Of a DNA stretch of 64,000 bases, positions 1 to 15,365 are shown piece after piece; the first letter of the stretch is position 1; each line of letters starts with the position of its first letter. Made by a program: the position numbers and the translations under genes. The notes under the pieces are model-generated. The model saw nothing but the letters and a program-made list of their open reading frames with translations. It was not told where the DNA came from and searched no databases. Origin of the DNA: Octopus vulgaris (Eukaryota); NCBI GenBank assembly GCA_951406725.2, contig OX597833.1, forward strand, positions 65,658,001 through 65,722,000, given 5' to 3'.

Positions 1-76
1 GGTTTATGTTCCTATAACCTGTGTTAATTCTGCAACCCTTTAAAATGGAAGATAAGAAAGTTCCTTTTCGGCACTT

Positions 77-430
77 GATGCTTTGGGAACCAGACAAAAA
101 TTGCCGCAGCTCGGCTGGAATGTGTTACCCCACCCTCCATATTCACCAGATATAGCTCTTTCGGATTTCAACTTATTCAGGTCTCTGCAGAATAGTCTTA
201 ATGGTAAAAATTTCAATTCCTTAGATGATGTAAAAAGATACCTTGCTGAATTCTTTGCCATGAAACCACCTCAATTCTGGGAAGAGGTTATTTTCAAGAT
301 AAAGGAAAGATGGAGACGCATTGTGCAACAAAATGGTTCATATTTGGTTGTTTAAAAATGTAATGGCAAGTATTTATTGACCTTTTTCTTTCCTTTAAAA
401 ATCGGCACGAACTTTCCAGACAACCCAATA
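77..430 (+). mobile_element. mariner (DD34D) transposon 3' fragment: transposase C-terminus plus right TIR
   Basis: ORF 83-355 reads LGWNVLPHPPYSPDIALSDFNLFRSLQN (mariner YSPDL-x-P-x-D motif). It is followed by a TIR-like end AAATCGGCACGAACTTTCCAGACAACCCAA-TA at ~399-430. Confidence 0.9.
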
Positions 431-630
431 TTTCCTTGTTGTTGTTCTGTGTCTTACTTTGACTCTCTTCTGGAAAATTCTGTTCTGGTTTCTCTTTGTT
501 AAAATTGTAAAACGTCTCAATAACCAATTCTGTCTGCTTCTTCGGCAGTCCTGTGGAAATGGCCGATATAGATTTTACGAAGTTGCGCTGGTGGTATTGT
601 TGCTGATATTGGTTGATGTGGTGGTGATTG

Positions 631-1320
631 TAGTGGTTGTGGTGGTGGTGGTGGTGGTGGTGGTGGTGGTGGTGGTGGTGGTGGTGGTGGTGGTGGTGGT
701 GGTGGTGGTGACTGAGGAGTGTCGATAATAATTCTAATTTTGGCATTGGTGCTGTTTGGTGATAGTGGTGTTATTGATGGTGGTAGTGCTGGAGGTTTGG
801 GTGGTGGCGATGGTAGTGGTGCTCTGCTACTGCTGGCGGCGATGGTGATAATGGTGGTGGTGGTGTTAGTGGTGGTGATGGTGGTGGTGGTAGTGGTAGT
901 GGTGATGGTGGTGGTGGTAATAGTGGTGGTGATGGTGGGGATGATGGTGGTGATGGTGGTGGTGGTGGTGGTGATGGTGGTGGTGGTGGTGTTAGTGGTG
1001 GTGATGGTGGTGGTGATGGTGGTGATGGTGGTGGTGGTGGTGGTGATAGTGGTGGTGATGGTGTTAGTGGTAGTGGTAGTGGTGATGATGGGGGTAATGT
1101 TGGTGATGGTGGTGGTGGTGGTGGTGGTGGTGGTAGTGGTGGTAGTGATGGTGGTGGTGGTAATTGTTGTGGTGGTGGTGGTGGTGTGATGATGGTGATG
1201 GTGGTGATAATGGTGGTGATGGTGATATGGTGCTGGTAGTGGTGGTAGTGTTGGTGGTGGTGGTGATGGTGGTGGTGGTGTTGGTGGTGGTAGTGGTAGT
1301 GGTGGTGGTAGCAGTTGTGA
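631..1320. repeat. (GTG)n/(ATG)n/(GTA)n compound trinucleotide microsatellite
   Basis: Directly visible; explains the poly-V/H/T/P ORFs. Confidence 0.95.
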
Positions 1321-1854
1321 CTGTGATGTTCGTGACGTGGTGGGGGTGGGGGTAATGGTCATGGCGATGATGATAACGCTGCTTGTGATAAATGTGCTTC
1401 TAGTGGATTGCCATGTCTTTTTGTTTGTTTTTTCTTTGTCTTTTTTTAACCTGTGTTTCATTTACATTGTTCGAAAATATTTGGTGCGTGTTTATGGCTT
1501 CCAAGTTTGTTGTGAACAAATCTTCCATCACCTCCAGAAGAAGCCATTTTAAATCAGGAGAAAACAATCTATGAGATATAAAACACGTCCAACGATTCAT
1601 ACATTTCCGCTCTAAGGCTGGCGGCTTTATCGTTCTCAAACTCTTCGTTATTAACGTGATATAAAAAACAAAATACGGCCTTTTCTCTAAATAAAAACCC
1701 GAAAAATTTATTTATTTCCTGAAAGATGCGGTAAATAACGTTCGTTTCTTCTCATCCAACAGCAAAGTGTCGATTATGCCGGACAAAACAACAGCTACAG
1801 GTCGGACCGGACCGATTCCAGTACTTAACTAATAATTTATTTCAATAATAGTTA

Positions 1855-2040
<186 letters not shown>

Positions 2041-2470
2041 GCATATTACCAGCCATAGTGATGGCGTATTACCAGCCAATGTACGCCACTAGCCCAGAAG
2101 GAATATAAGAGATGCCACGACAATATAGCCAGGCTTGTCCATTGTACACTCTGCAACAAGTATGAACTTGACAGAGAAAAAAATTGGTATGTCCACAAAC
2201 ATAAAGGCATCATCGAAAATAGAAATGCAAAGATCCTATGTGATTTTATGATTCAGTGCAACCGTGAGATAGAGAATAGGAAGCCAGACATAGTCTTAAA
2301 TAAGAAAGAAAGCAAACTATGCCGGATCATAGATATAGCATGCCCAGATGACAACAAGGTATGCGATAAGGAAGAAAGAAAAGTCGAGAGATATGACAGG
2401 TTAGCTTGGGAGGTTAAGCAGTTGTGGTCGATGAAAAAGGTGGTAGTAGCACCAATAATTGCCAACAACA
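2041..2470 (+). mobile_element. R4/Dong-like non-LTR retrotransposon fragment (restriction-like endonuclease domain)
   Basis: Frameshifted translation gives LAQKEY..HNIARLVH..KILCDFMIQCNREIENRKPDIVL..CRIIDIACPDDNKVCDKEERKVERYDRLAWEVKQLW..VAPII, i.e. the RH and PD..D..K REL motifs. It starts right after (AAT)n. Confidence 0.85.
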
Positions 2471-3127
2471 CAATTCAAAGAATAGTAACGTTTTTCGTGT
2501 GGATCATGTGATGACAAATTTCGTTAAAAGAGAAATGTTTCCCTGTTACATTTTTCCTTCCATTCTTTTAAAGCAAATATTTCTGTGTTAATTTTTGTAT
2601 GTCTTTTTTATTTTATCCTTAATTCACAGGTTGCTATTTCATGGACCTATCCTACTTTATTTGACACGATTGACAGCAAGATAATCTCTTAGGCGAATTA
2701 AAGTAGACGCCATTTTGAACGCTATTATATTTTAACTCAAACGTAAAAAAAACACAGCGATAGATTTAGTAATGTTAATAAAAAAAATGCCATAACACAT
2801 TTACGAACGTTGCGTAATCAAACTAGAGAAATAGAAGGTGAGGTTCTCAATATGCAGCAAGTCGAAGATAAAAAATAGGTGAAGTATTCTACGAAAGTCT
2901 ACGACCCCCTCCTTGTCGAGAAAAGAAAGAGATGGGAAGTGACAAACCTTGAAAAAACACAAAAAGCTTATATATGCCTTCGTATGAGTTGTTATAGGAA
3001 ACCCTTATCGATATGTCGAACGATGTAAATGTGTATTTTCTGGAAACAGTAACACGATAATATATTCTGGAATTTATTTTTAAAAATTACGTTTATATAT
3101 TTGTTTTGCAAGATTTTTAATGTGAAA

Positions 3128-3448
3128 TCGTGTGTTGAAACAGATGTTGTATTTAGGAATGGTCATAGACACATACAGAGGTATACGCATGCGCAAATGA
3201 ATACACATGCAATAGAAATACAAAATACAAAATGGCTGACCGTTAGTAAGGAGATACACACAAATAAGAAGGAAGAAAACAAAGGACCACTGATGTAGTC
3301 ACAGGAGTGTAACGAAAGAACCCTGGCCGAAATAAGATTAAGATTAATGTAAAAAATAAATAATGCTGAAGCAAAGTAACACCAAATATATAGTGCGTGT
3401 GTTTTTATTGGCTAAACTGGCAAAATGACCATTCCTAAATACAACAAT
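3128..3448. mobile_element. Fold-back remnant of a Penelope-like terminal repeat family with a degenerate hammerhead motif
   Basis: GTTGTATTTAGGAATGGTCAT (~3146-3166) is inverted at ~3425-3445. It shares terminal sequence with 25478-25550 and 35810-36200. Motif CCA-CTGATGTA-GTCAC..GTAAC-GAAA..TGG lies at ~3287-3326. Confidence 0.6.
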
Positions 3449-3659
3449 ATTTTTTTAAATGCTCTCTTTGTATGAATGAATTCACGTACAAAAATAACTC
3501 GTTCAGTTTAATATATACTCCGATTGAATTTTCGAAACACGACGGGACAGCAACATAAAAACCAGTAAGTATATAAATTGATATGGTGATATTTAAACCA
3601 GTTTAAACCAGTGCAAATACATTTAGGCCTTTACGTTACTAAAGAGAACTTTCTCACAA

Positions 3660-3770
3660 AGGCAGTGAGCTGGCAGAATCATTAGCACGCTGGACAAAAT
3701 GCTTAGCGTATTTCTGCCGTCACTACGTTCTGAGTTCAAATTCCACTAAGGTCAACTTTGCTTTTCTTCC
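3660..3770 (+). mobile_element. SINE family B, 5' part (abuts a family A copy)
   Basis: GGCAGTGAGCTGGCAGAATCATTAGCACG..GAGTTCAAATTCC..GGTCAACTTTGC matches the other B copies. Confidence 0.8.
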
Positions 3771-4190
3771 AGGCGTAGGAGTGGCTGTGTGATAAGTAGC
3801 TTGCTAACGAATCACATTGTTCCGGGTTCAGTCCCACTGCGTGGAAGCTTGGGCAAGTGTCTTCTACTATAGCTTCGGACCGACCAAAGCCTTGTAAGTG
3901 GATTTGGTAGACGGAAACTGAAAGAAGCTCGTCGTATATATGTATATATATATGTATGTATGTGTGTATATGTTTGTGTGTCTGTGTTTGTCCCATCATC
4001 ATCGCTTGACAACCGATGCTGGTTTGTTTACGTCCCGCAAATTAGCAGTTCGGAAAAAGAGACCGATAGAATAAGTACTAAGCTTATAAAGAATAAGTCC
4101 TGGGGTCAGTTTGCTCGACTAAAAATGCAGTGCTCCAGCATGGCCGCAGTCAAATAACTGAAACAAGTAAAAGAGTTAAAAGAGTAAAAG
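3771..4190 (+). mobile_element. SINE family A (tRNA-like head, CORE-like segment, internal TA/TG microsatellite, AAAGAGT tail)
   Basis: A-box-like TGGCTGTGTGA, B-box-like GGTTCAGTCCC, then TTGGGCAAGTG. Near-identical to 14954, 22253, 58680 and 60195. Confidence 0.9.
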
Positions 4191-5067
4191 CCGTAACTCC
4201 GATGACAAACAAAACTATTCAATCAATAAAGATCGATAAAAATAAAATCCAGACTAAACACTGGATTTCATGAAATGGTCAAAAAATCCCGAAGTGAATG
4301 CTCCAGCATGGGAGAGCTTCAATGACCAAAACTAGAAACAATAAATGGATACTGCTATGAATCACAATATCGATCCGTTGAAGAGAGATATTTAACTCGA
4401 GGCTAAATGGGACACTGAAATCTATCTGGTGAAACAATCTAACAATCTCACAACAAATTCTTTGGATACTTTGCGTGCAATATTTCTACCTTATAGACGA
4501 AGAAGAAAACAGATCTTGGAATGAAATCGATAATTACATTTTGTTTATTATAAGATGATGGCGAAATAGTCTGGCAAGCAATTTGTAAATGTGTTTTATT
4601 TTTAGTCGTGAAAGTTTAATAGTTAAAATACAACGAAAAATATAAACGAATACATCTAAAAATAAGAGACCTGAATTATATTTCAATACGTTGGTGGTTT
4701 TTAAAAGAATTATCATAATTTCATTAATCTCCATTTAATTGATCCCCTTATTGCACATTGCACTTTTAGATTAAGTTTTAGAAAATAATTTATTTCTTTT
4801 CTCGTTTTTATTCTTTCATTTTTGTCTTCTGTTTTCTGTTGTTGTTTTTGGTTACACATTTAAATAGTGTCTCATTTATCAAACCGGATTACCGTACTAA
4901 CACAAATAGTACGATTATTTGAAAATTTGCAACGAATTATACATTTTATACACATATATATACACATACGCATTCGCACGCACATACACTTACAAATATG
5001 TTTACATATATATAAATAAACAGACGTGTGAATATATATATATATATATATATATATTCAAACATAT

Positions 5068-5141
<74 letters not shown>

Positions 5142-5352
5142 ATATATATACATATACATACTTATACACACACACGCGCATTTATATATATATATATATA
5201 TACATAAGAAAGAGAGATAGAAAGATTAGTACTTGCAAATTTTTCTTATCAGTTACACAGAAAAATTAATCGTTATTTTATAATCCACATCTAGAGGGCT
5301 TTTTTCACTCTATGTTAAACTGTTCGTGCTAATACAATATATATACATATAT

Positions 5353-5406
<54 letters not shown>

Positions 5407-5444
5407 AAAAAATATATATATATATATATATACACACACATATT

Positions 5445-5917
<473 letters not shown>

Positions 5918-6467
5918 GACGACAAATCCTTAGATGACTCTGCTTAGCAGACGACAACACCTTAGCTGACTCTGTATGCCAGACGACAAATCTTAGATGA
6001 CTCTGTATGGGAGACAAGTCCTAAGATGACTCTGTATGGGAGAATACAAACATTTAGATGACTCCGTATGGCAGACGACAAATCCTTAGATGACTCTGCT
6101 TAGCAGACGACAAATCCTTAGATTACTCTGTATGGCAGACGACAAATCCTTAGATTACTCTGTATGGCAGACGACAAATCCTTAGATGACTCTGCTTAGT
6201 GGACGACAAATCCTTAGATGACTCTGTATGGCAGACGACAAATCTTAGATGACTCTGTATGGGAGAATACAAATATTTAGATGACTCTCTGTGGCAGACG
6301 ACAAATCCTTAGATGACTGTGTATGGCAGACGACAACTCCTTAGATGACTCTATTTAGCAGACGACAAATTCTTAGATTACTCTGTATGGCAGACGACAA
6401 ATCCTTAGATGACTCTACTTAGCGGACGACAAATCCTTAGATTACTCTGTATGGCAGACGACAAATC
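5918..6467. repeat. 32-bp minisatellite, ~17 units (GACGACAAATCCTTAGATGACTCTGTATGGCA)
   Basis: Contiguous units start at 5918, 5950, 5982, 6013, 6042, 6074 ... 6425, 6457, with no unique spacers. Confidence 0.95.
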
Positions 6468-6619
6468 TGGTTTGCAGTACATTTTGTTGAACAACATGCA
6501 CAACTGACTTGTTTATACTATACCAGTCAATGCTTGGTGTTGAAGATCAGCTCACTTCTTCCATCAAAAGAACATTGTTTGTACAGGTAGACGGGTTGCC
6601 ACACGTCGGATGTCGAAGT

Positions 6620-6740
6620 GAACGCTGAGCAACGTGAAATGAAACATTTTGCTCAAAAACACAACGTTTAGCTCGGTAGGGAATCGAAACTATGCTCTCA
6701 CAATGGAAAGTGCAACGCCCTGACCAGTCGGCCACATGCT
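6620..6740 (-). mobile_element. SINE family D-like 5' fragment
   Basis: GAGCAACGTGAAATGAAAC..GGAATCGAAAC is the reverse complement of the head and body of the 43249 copies. Confidence 0.6.
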
Positions 6741-6770
6741 CTCACTATACATACATACATACACACACAG

Positions 6771-6839
<69 letters not shown>

Positions 6840-6999
6840 TGTATGTATCTATGTATGTTTTCATCTATATATATATATATACACAGAGTGAGTCAGAGAG
6901 AGATGTGTATATGTGTGTTTGTGTATGCATGCGTGCATGTGTGTATCTCTACACACACGCGCACACACTCACATACACACGCATCACACACATACATAT

Positions 7000-7053
<54 letters not shown>

Positions 7054-8112
7054 TATCAGAGTGCTACGACTGGGAGGATTGTTCTTGCATCCGCTAAATA
7101 GGGATCACCGAAGGTTAACCAGCATTACAACAACAACAGCAACAACGACGACAGCAACAAAAACTGCGATAATTACAACAGGCAAAATCAAACACAACAT
7201 TGTTTGTTTGTTTTTTTTTGGGTTTTGTTTTCTGTAATCGATCTTTGTTTTTGTGTTTTTTTTTCTTGGTTTCGAAATTCAATTTTCGTGATATCAGTAT
7301 TCTTAAATTGAACAGCAATATTCGAACAAAATGATAGTAAATGAGCTGCGAAGGCGGTGGCATGGAAGGATTGGTGCGGAGGGTTATCACGTGTCTGTTT
7401 TAGATAGAAAGCTTCTCGTTTCCCATAATCCCATTTCCTTTCAGCAGTATCGATTAGTTACAGTGTCATTTGCAAATTAGTATTAGCAGCTAATCCGGAA
7501 TGTGTCCAAGGCAAAAGATACAAAGAAAAATATAAAATGTAAACAAGAATATTTTTATTGGATTTCAACATGGAAAAAATCTTGAGGTTTTATGGAAGAT
7601 GGGAAAGCTTCGTACAGTGAGTATTTGAAACATTAAGACTGAATGTTTAAATTAACGATAGCCCTTCTCTTTTCACCATTACTAATAACCGAACATCGAG
7701 ATAACGACAAAGTTTTGTTCGAGGCGCTCACGGTTCTATCAGCTCGCCGATTTGACAATAATGAGAATCGTTTCAAAATTTGGCACAAGGCCAGAAATTT
7801 CAAGGTGGTGGGGGATATATATATATATATACGTATATGTATATATGTATATATATATATACGTGTATCTATATATTCATGTATGTACGATTATATATAT
7901 AGATATATGTATATATATATATATTTATATATATATATATGTGTATATGTCAGTAATATAAACATGTATATATGTATATATATGTATATATATATATATA
8001 ACTATTGCTATACATACATGTATGTAAATATATACATATATATGTATGTATGTATATATATATATATATATATGTATATATTTACATGTATGTATATATA
8101 TGCACATATATG

Positions 8113-8143
<31 letters not shown>

Positions 8144-8229
8144 GTGTGTGTATGTGTGTGTGTGTGTGTATGTATACTTGTATGTAATATATATCGTATA
8201 TATATTCTATATGTATATGTATATTTATA

Positions 8230-9320
8230 ATATTGATAATAAAGAAAATGAAGAATTTGAAATTGAAACTTCCATTTAGTTTATTCACAGTCCGACACGT
8301 GTTTCGACCGCATTAACTGTATACTGTAGCATATTTATATATACAGTGATTTATGCATTATTAGTACGATCTTTTCAGGGCATATAAGTAGGAAGAGAAA
8401 TTTTCTTCCACAATTAGTTTGTATTAGGCTTGGTAGTAGTAGTAAACCATGACATTCTTCGACGAGATGCTTCTCTTAACTAATTGTTTAGGTTAAATTC
8501 AGCAGCACTGTTTACAGAAGTTGGTCAATGTTCTTGGTTAGTTGGGGAATTGTTATTTATAGAATACATATTTTTGACTGCTACTGCATACTTTATAATC
8601 AAATGGTATTTTCATGGATTTCAGAGTTGATTATATAATTTGAAATTTTGAGACAGTTTTTAATATTAGTAGTTATGGATAATTACTAAGCAGTAAGAAC
8701 CACCTGGTTATTAAAAGAATTAGTTCTATTTTATATTCTTCTAACATATTATTATCGTTGTTTTAAAGTATTTTTCGGTTATATATAATCGTATACATTA
8801 AATTCTATTCTTATATTCTTTATATGCGTCTTTATTATTATAGTAATTATAGTTATGTTTATAGAGCAATATTTATTGAAATTATGTAAATTAAATGTAT
8901 TCTATTATCCAATTTTTTTTGTAAAGAAGAAAGTTGTTTGTGTAAGCAATTAAAACTTCTTTCTTGTCTCTTGTTAACTAATTTATTTTTCTAAGTATAT
9001 ATTTTATATAATTCCTCCAGGCATAAATTGCATCTTTCGTCCCCTATTTTATATGGTGAAACACTACCAATTATTTCCCATTTAGATGAATATCTAATAT
9101 TTTCATCCTTAAGCGACCATATATGCTTGCTAAGAATTGCTGAAAATTGTCTTTTTTTTATCTCTAAAGAACTTTCCTGATTTGCTTTTCTTTGTTGTAC
9201 AAAGCATGAGCAAGCACCAATATAGTAATATTTGTTCTCATATTTTGTGACTAGACGTTTATAAACGATATTTCTTACTTTACAGACACTTCAAAATTTG
9301 TATTGCATTCTTCTAGCGTA
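8230..9320 (-). mobile_element. Penelope-like element 3' fragment (GIY-YIG endonuclease plus terminal repeat with hammerhead motif)
   Basis: Minus-strand translation ~9275-8930 gives NIVYKRLVTKYENKYYYIGACS..LSKHIWSLKDENI..KWEII..RCNLCLEELYKI*..LVNKRQE..CLHK (VY..YIG, LSxHIWxLK, CxLCxxE, NxRxE..CxH). Confidence 0.85.
8291..8380 (-). ncRNA. Minimal type I hammerhead ribozyme-like motif (G8 substituted)
   Basis: Minus strand: CC-CTGAAAA-GATCGTA[long loop]TGCGGTC-GAAAC-ACGT-GTC-GG, followed by AATAAA, downstream of the GIY-YIG ORF. Confidence 0.7.
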
Positions 9321-9335
9321 CATATACCATATATC

Positions 9336-9381
<46 letters not shown>

Positions 9382-9462
9382 TGTATATATTATACATAAA
9401 ATATATTATATTTACATAGGTACATATACCATATATCATATTATATAAATATATATATATAC

Positions 9463-9520
<58 letters not shown>

Positions 9521-9619
9521 GTATGTATATATATATATATATATATTTATACAGACACACATGGAAAATGTGATTGCGCTAGAAGAACACAATACAAATT
9601 TTATATGTATACATATATA

Positions 9620-9670
<51 letters not shown>

Positions 9671-9721
9671 TTGTATGTATGTATATATGTATATATATAT
9701 ACATGTATATATATATATTGC

Positions 9722-10088
9722 GGCACTCCGTCCGTTACGACGGCGAGGGTTCCAGTTAGTCCAATCAACAGAACAGCCTGCTCGTGAAATTAACGTGTAA
9801 GTGGCTGACCACTCCACAGACACATGTACCCTTAATGTAGTTCTCGGGGGAGATTTAGCGTAATACAGAGTGCGACAAGGCTGGCCCCTTTGAAATGCAG
9901 GTACAACAGAAACAGGAAGAAAGAATGAGAGAAAGTTGGGGTGAAAGAATACAGCAGGGTTCGCTACCCTACCCCTTCTGGTGCTTGGTAGAGCTTTAGA
10001 TGTCTTCGCTCAATAACCACACGCAACACCCAGTCTGGGAATCAAAACTGCGAGTCCATTGCCCTAACCACTGGGCCATTGCGCCTCC
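9722..10088 (-). mobile_element. SINE family C (tRNA-like head GAGGCGCAATGGCCCAGTGGTTAGGGC)
   Basis: Collinear with 38389-38743 and 50867-51245. Confidence 0.9.
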
Positions 10089-10404
10089 GCATACACATAG
10101 ACGCATGCAGCGTTTTCCTCCCTACTTAGATATATCGCTTGCACAGATACATATCCACTTAAATTCATTCGTAAATAATAATAGTCATACGTGTGTGTGT
10201 TTGTGTGCTTTTATGTGTGTACGCACTTATTTGTGTGTGCGTGTGTGCGTGTGTGTTTGTGTGTTTGTACGTTATACAATATATTGATATATATACACAC
10301 ACACTAATGTAAAGACATTGTTATTTGCGCATAAAGTATTCATATGCAAATTTATATTTTCTTATGAGGATAAATATGTATCAGCCTGTATCTATAGACA
10401 TATT

Positions 10405-11340
<936 letters not shown>

Positions 11341-11955
11341 ACTGGGATTAGTGTTCGATATGTAAAATGACCTGCTTTGATAAAAGCTAAAATTCATACC
11401 CAACACCACCGCCTCTCCCCACACACCACCGACCAACAAACAACACGACAACACCACCACAAACAACAACAACAAACACTGCTTTCATCAACAACCACCA
11501 CCACCACTACTACCAAACAAACAACCAGCATTTCTACTACCATCACAAGCGTCAACATAAACTACGACCAACAAACCGTCCGCCATTTTGTACCACAGAT
11601 AAACGAACAACTGACGTTGTACGCTTAACAAAACACAGCAGACAATATGAAAACTAGACACAGAACGCTAGAATAACACATAGATTCTTTCTTCTTCCCA
11701 CCTAAACACATTTATAGTCGTCTGTCAGCAGACGACGTCTTTTATTGCATTAGCAATTACATAATAATTATATTCCGTGTGTTGTTAGCCATTTTGTGCA
11801 AGAAGAAACAAGACGAATACAGGAATTATGTATTCTGCTACGAAAAACTTAGCCGTGAGGTGAAGAATTAGTCGAGCAGAGTTAATGAAACGTTCCAAAA
11901 CGAAAAGAAAGGGTGTGTATAAATGTATGTATGTATACATACGTGTATATATATG

Positions 11956-12020
<65 letters not shown>

Positions 12021-12067
12021 ATATATAAAAGTATAAATATATATATATACATAAATACACATGCATA

Positions 12068-12124
<57 letters not shown>

Positions 12125-12243
12125 CTACACCTTCCCGATCATGCATATCTTGTTACAGAGCGACATTCGTGTATGTGTGAGTATATATATACATGTGTGT
12201 GTATATATATGTATATATAAATTTATATATATATATATTTACG

Positions 12244-12278
<35 letters not shown>

Positions 12279-12314
12279 TGTATGTATATGTGTGTGTGTA
12301 TATATATATATATA

Positions 12315-12395
<81 letters not shown>

Positions 12396-12953
12396 ATATA
12401 TATGCATTCATAAATTAACGCAAATTAATGTACAATCAGGTACATGAATATTTACGCACACAGATCTGTGTTTCTATATGCATGTGTGAAGCTACACATT
12501 GATATATATATATGTGTGTGTGTGTATGTGTGTGTATGTGTGTGCGTGTGTGTGTGTAAAACCGTTTACTTATATCGTTGCCAACGTATGTCATACATCT
12601 CCACCCGCACACCATTCAAGCTAAAACGTATGCCACCATCTTTCTTCTCTTCCTCCAAAAGTCTCTTTGTTATAATACAACAATTGTATTAAACCACTTA
12701 CGTTTTTCTACCTGTTGTGTGCTTGCATACATCCTCAATTCGGTCATCTGTCTATCTGTGTGTGTGTGATTGTTTGTATGTGTGTGTATTTGTGTGTGTG
12801 TGTGAAAGAGAGAGAGAGTGTAAATGAATGAATGTATATATTTGTGTAGACGCATGTGCACATATATATATATTATGTATAGAATAATACTATTCATCAT
12901 CAAATCAACTTTTCCACGCACGTTCATAAATGCTGCCTAAACTGTATCTAAGC

Positions 12954-12999
<46 letters not shown>

Positions 13000-13029
13000 A
13001 ATCAAGGAACGACAATAATAGGCCATTCA

Positions 13030-13445
13030 CCCACTAGAAATAACAGCCAAAGCTTCAACCGCAAAATAACATTAATTCCGTAAACCAGGAGAAAATTAAA
13101 AAACATTTACCCTGTAATTTCTTATACGATGCACCGTTTCATCTACTGTTTAATGGTAAACTAACCTGATTAAATTAAATCAAGCCAATCTTCCATAGGC
13201 CCTTAGATTCCTCAGTAAGAAATAGCCAGAACGGAACAGATATTTTCACGAGGCATCTCTGTCCCTGCCTCGGCAATATCTGACCTAAAATTTTCAAATC
13301 ATCGCACTCGCGCCAAATTTATCGGCAGCAAATAAATATAAGCCGCCGATTCCATTACGGAATCAACCAGAAAATTCATAATTAATCAATATAGGGTGGC
13401 AAAAAAAATTTTGTAGAATTTTTTTGCCACCAGCGGCCTAGTGGG
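13030..13445. mobile_element. Putative non-autonomous element with CCCACTAG...CTAGTGGG ends and a subterminal hairpin
   Basis: 8-bp inverted termini. Hairpin GGTGGCAAAAAAAATT-TTGTAG-AATTTTTTTGCCACC lies 6-7 nt before CTAG-T. Confidence 0.4.
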
Positions 13446-13517
13446 AAAAAATTAAATAGTCATAGACCACTTATAAGTTCAACATCACAATCAAGGAACG
13501 GCAATAATAGGCCATTC

Positions 13518-13911
<394 letters not shown>

Positions 13912-14075
13912 TTGTTTCTTTCTCTATCGCATTCACCGTTTACTGTTCCTTTTCACTCTCTTTCTATCTCTGAAGGCAAAAAGACAGAGAGAGAGAGAGA
14001 GAGGGAGAGAGAGAGAGAGAAAGGAGATGTATTGATTGATAATTCATTATCTTGAGAGATACAAATATGTATTCG

Positions 14076-14132
<57 letters not shown>

Positions 14133-14133
<1 letters not shown>

Positions 14134-14905
14134 GTAGTTGATAGCTTCCGCTATCTAGGCGACCAAGTTAGTAGTGGGGGTGGATGCTCAAAGAGTGTTA
14201 CCACTAGAATAATAGCCTGGGCTAAGTTTAGAAAGCTTCTACCGACAAAGAGCCTCTCTCTGAGAGTGAAAAGTAGATTACACGATGCATGTGAGCGAAC
14301 TGCCATGCTTCATGGCAGTGAAACATGGGCCGTGACTGCGGAGGACATGCGTAGGCTGGAAGGAAATGAAGCTAGCATGATCCGCTGGATGTGTAAAGTC
14401 AGTGTGCATACACGGCAGAATGTAAGCGCCATGAGAGAAATGCTGGACACAAGAAGCATATGATATGGCGTGCAAGAGAGACGTTTGCGCTGGTATGGTA
14501 ATGGACTACGGGTGGATGAAGAGAGATGTGTGAAGAAGTCCCACTCCCAAATTGATGAAAGATTCCAGAGTAGAGGTAGACCCAGGAAGACATGGGATGA
14601 AGTGGTGAAGCTTTACGTTTGAACGTTGGGCCTCACAGAGGCAATAACGAAAGACAGAGACCTCTGGGGATATGCTGTGACTGCGAAGACGCGACAAATA
14701 AAGTGAGTTCACGGCTGTATCCTACACCAGTTTCGCATAACCATCCCCAGCCTATTCAAAAGAACCTTGGATCGTAGTTCGACCTGCTGTGCTTGAGGAA
14801 ACCTATTGAATCAAGTACATCAACATCAAAATGAAAATCAAATTGTAGTTGTGGTACCCGTGCCGGTGACGCGTAAAAAGCACCATCCGAACGTGGCCGA
14901 TGCGT
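14133..14905 (+). mobile_element. RTE-clade LINE 3' fragment
   Basis: VVDSFRYLG..AWAKFRKL..MLHGSETWAVT..RRLRWYG..RGRPRKTWDEVV..DRDLW, typical of the RTE RT thumb and C-terminus; contains stops. Confidence 0.9.
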
Positions 14906-14953
14906 ATATATGAATATGAGTGTCTGTTAATTAACATTATATATATATATATT

Positions 14954-15365
14954 GTCGCAGGAGTGGCTGTGTGGTAAGTAACTTGTTTACCAACCACATG
15001 GTTCCATGTTCAGTCCCACTGCGTGGCACCTTGAGCAAATGTCTTCTACTATAGCCTCGGGCCGACCAAAGCTCTGTGAGTGGATTTGGTAGACGGAAAC
15101 TGAAAGAAGACTGTCGTATATATGTATATATATATATATATATATGCTTGTGTGTGTTTGTGTGTCTGCGTTTGTCCCCCTAGCATTGCTTGACAACCGA
15201 TGCTGGTGTGTTTATGTCCCCGTTACTTAGCGGTTCGGCAAAAGAGACCGATAGAATAAGTACTGGGCTTACAAAAGAATAAGTCCCGGGATCGAGTTGC
15301 ACGATTAAAGGCGGTGCTCCAGCATGGCCGCAGTCAAATGACTGAACCAAGTAAAAGAGTAAAAG
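14954..15365 (+). mobile_element. SINE family A
   Basis: Full-length match to the other A copies. Confidence 0.9.

Noticed and set aside
83-355. Host SETMAR-like gene
   Set aside because: Only a transposase C-terminus followed by a TIR; no SET domain or exon structure.
5918-6467. CRISPR-like 32-bp repeat array
   Set aside because: Units are contiguous with no unique spacers, there are no cas genes, and the context is eukaryotic; it is a minisatellite.
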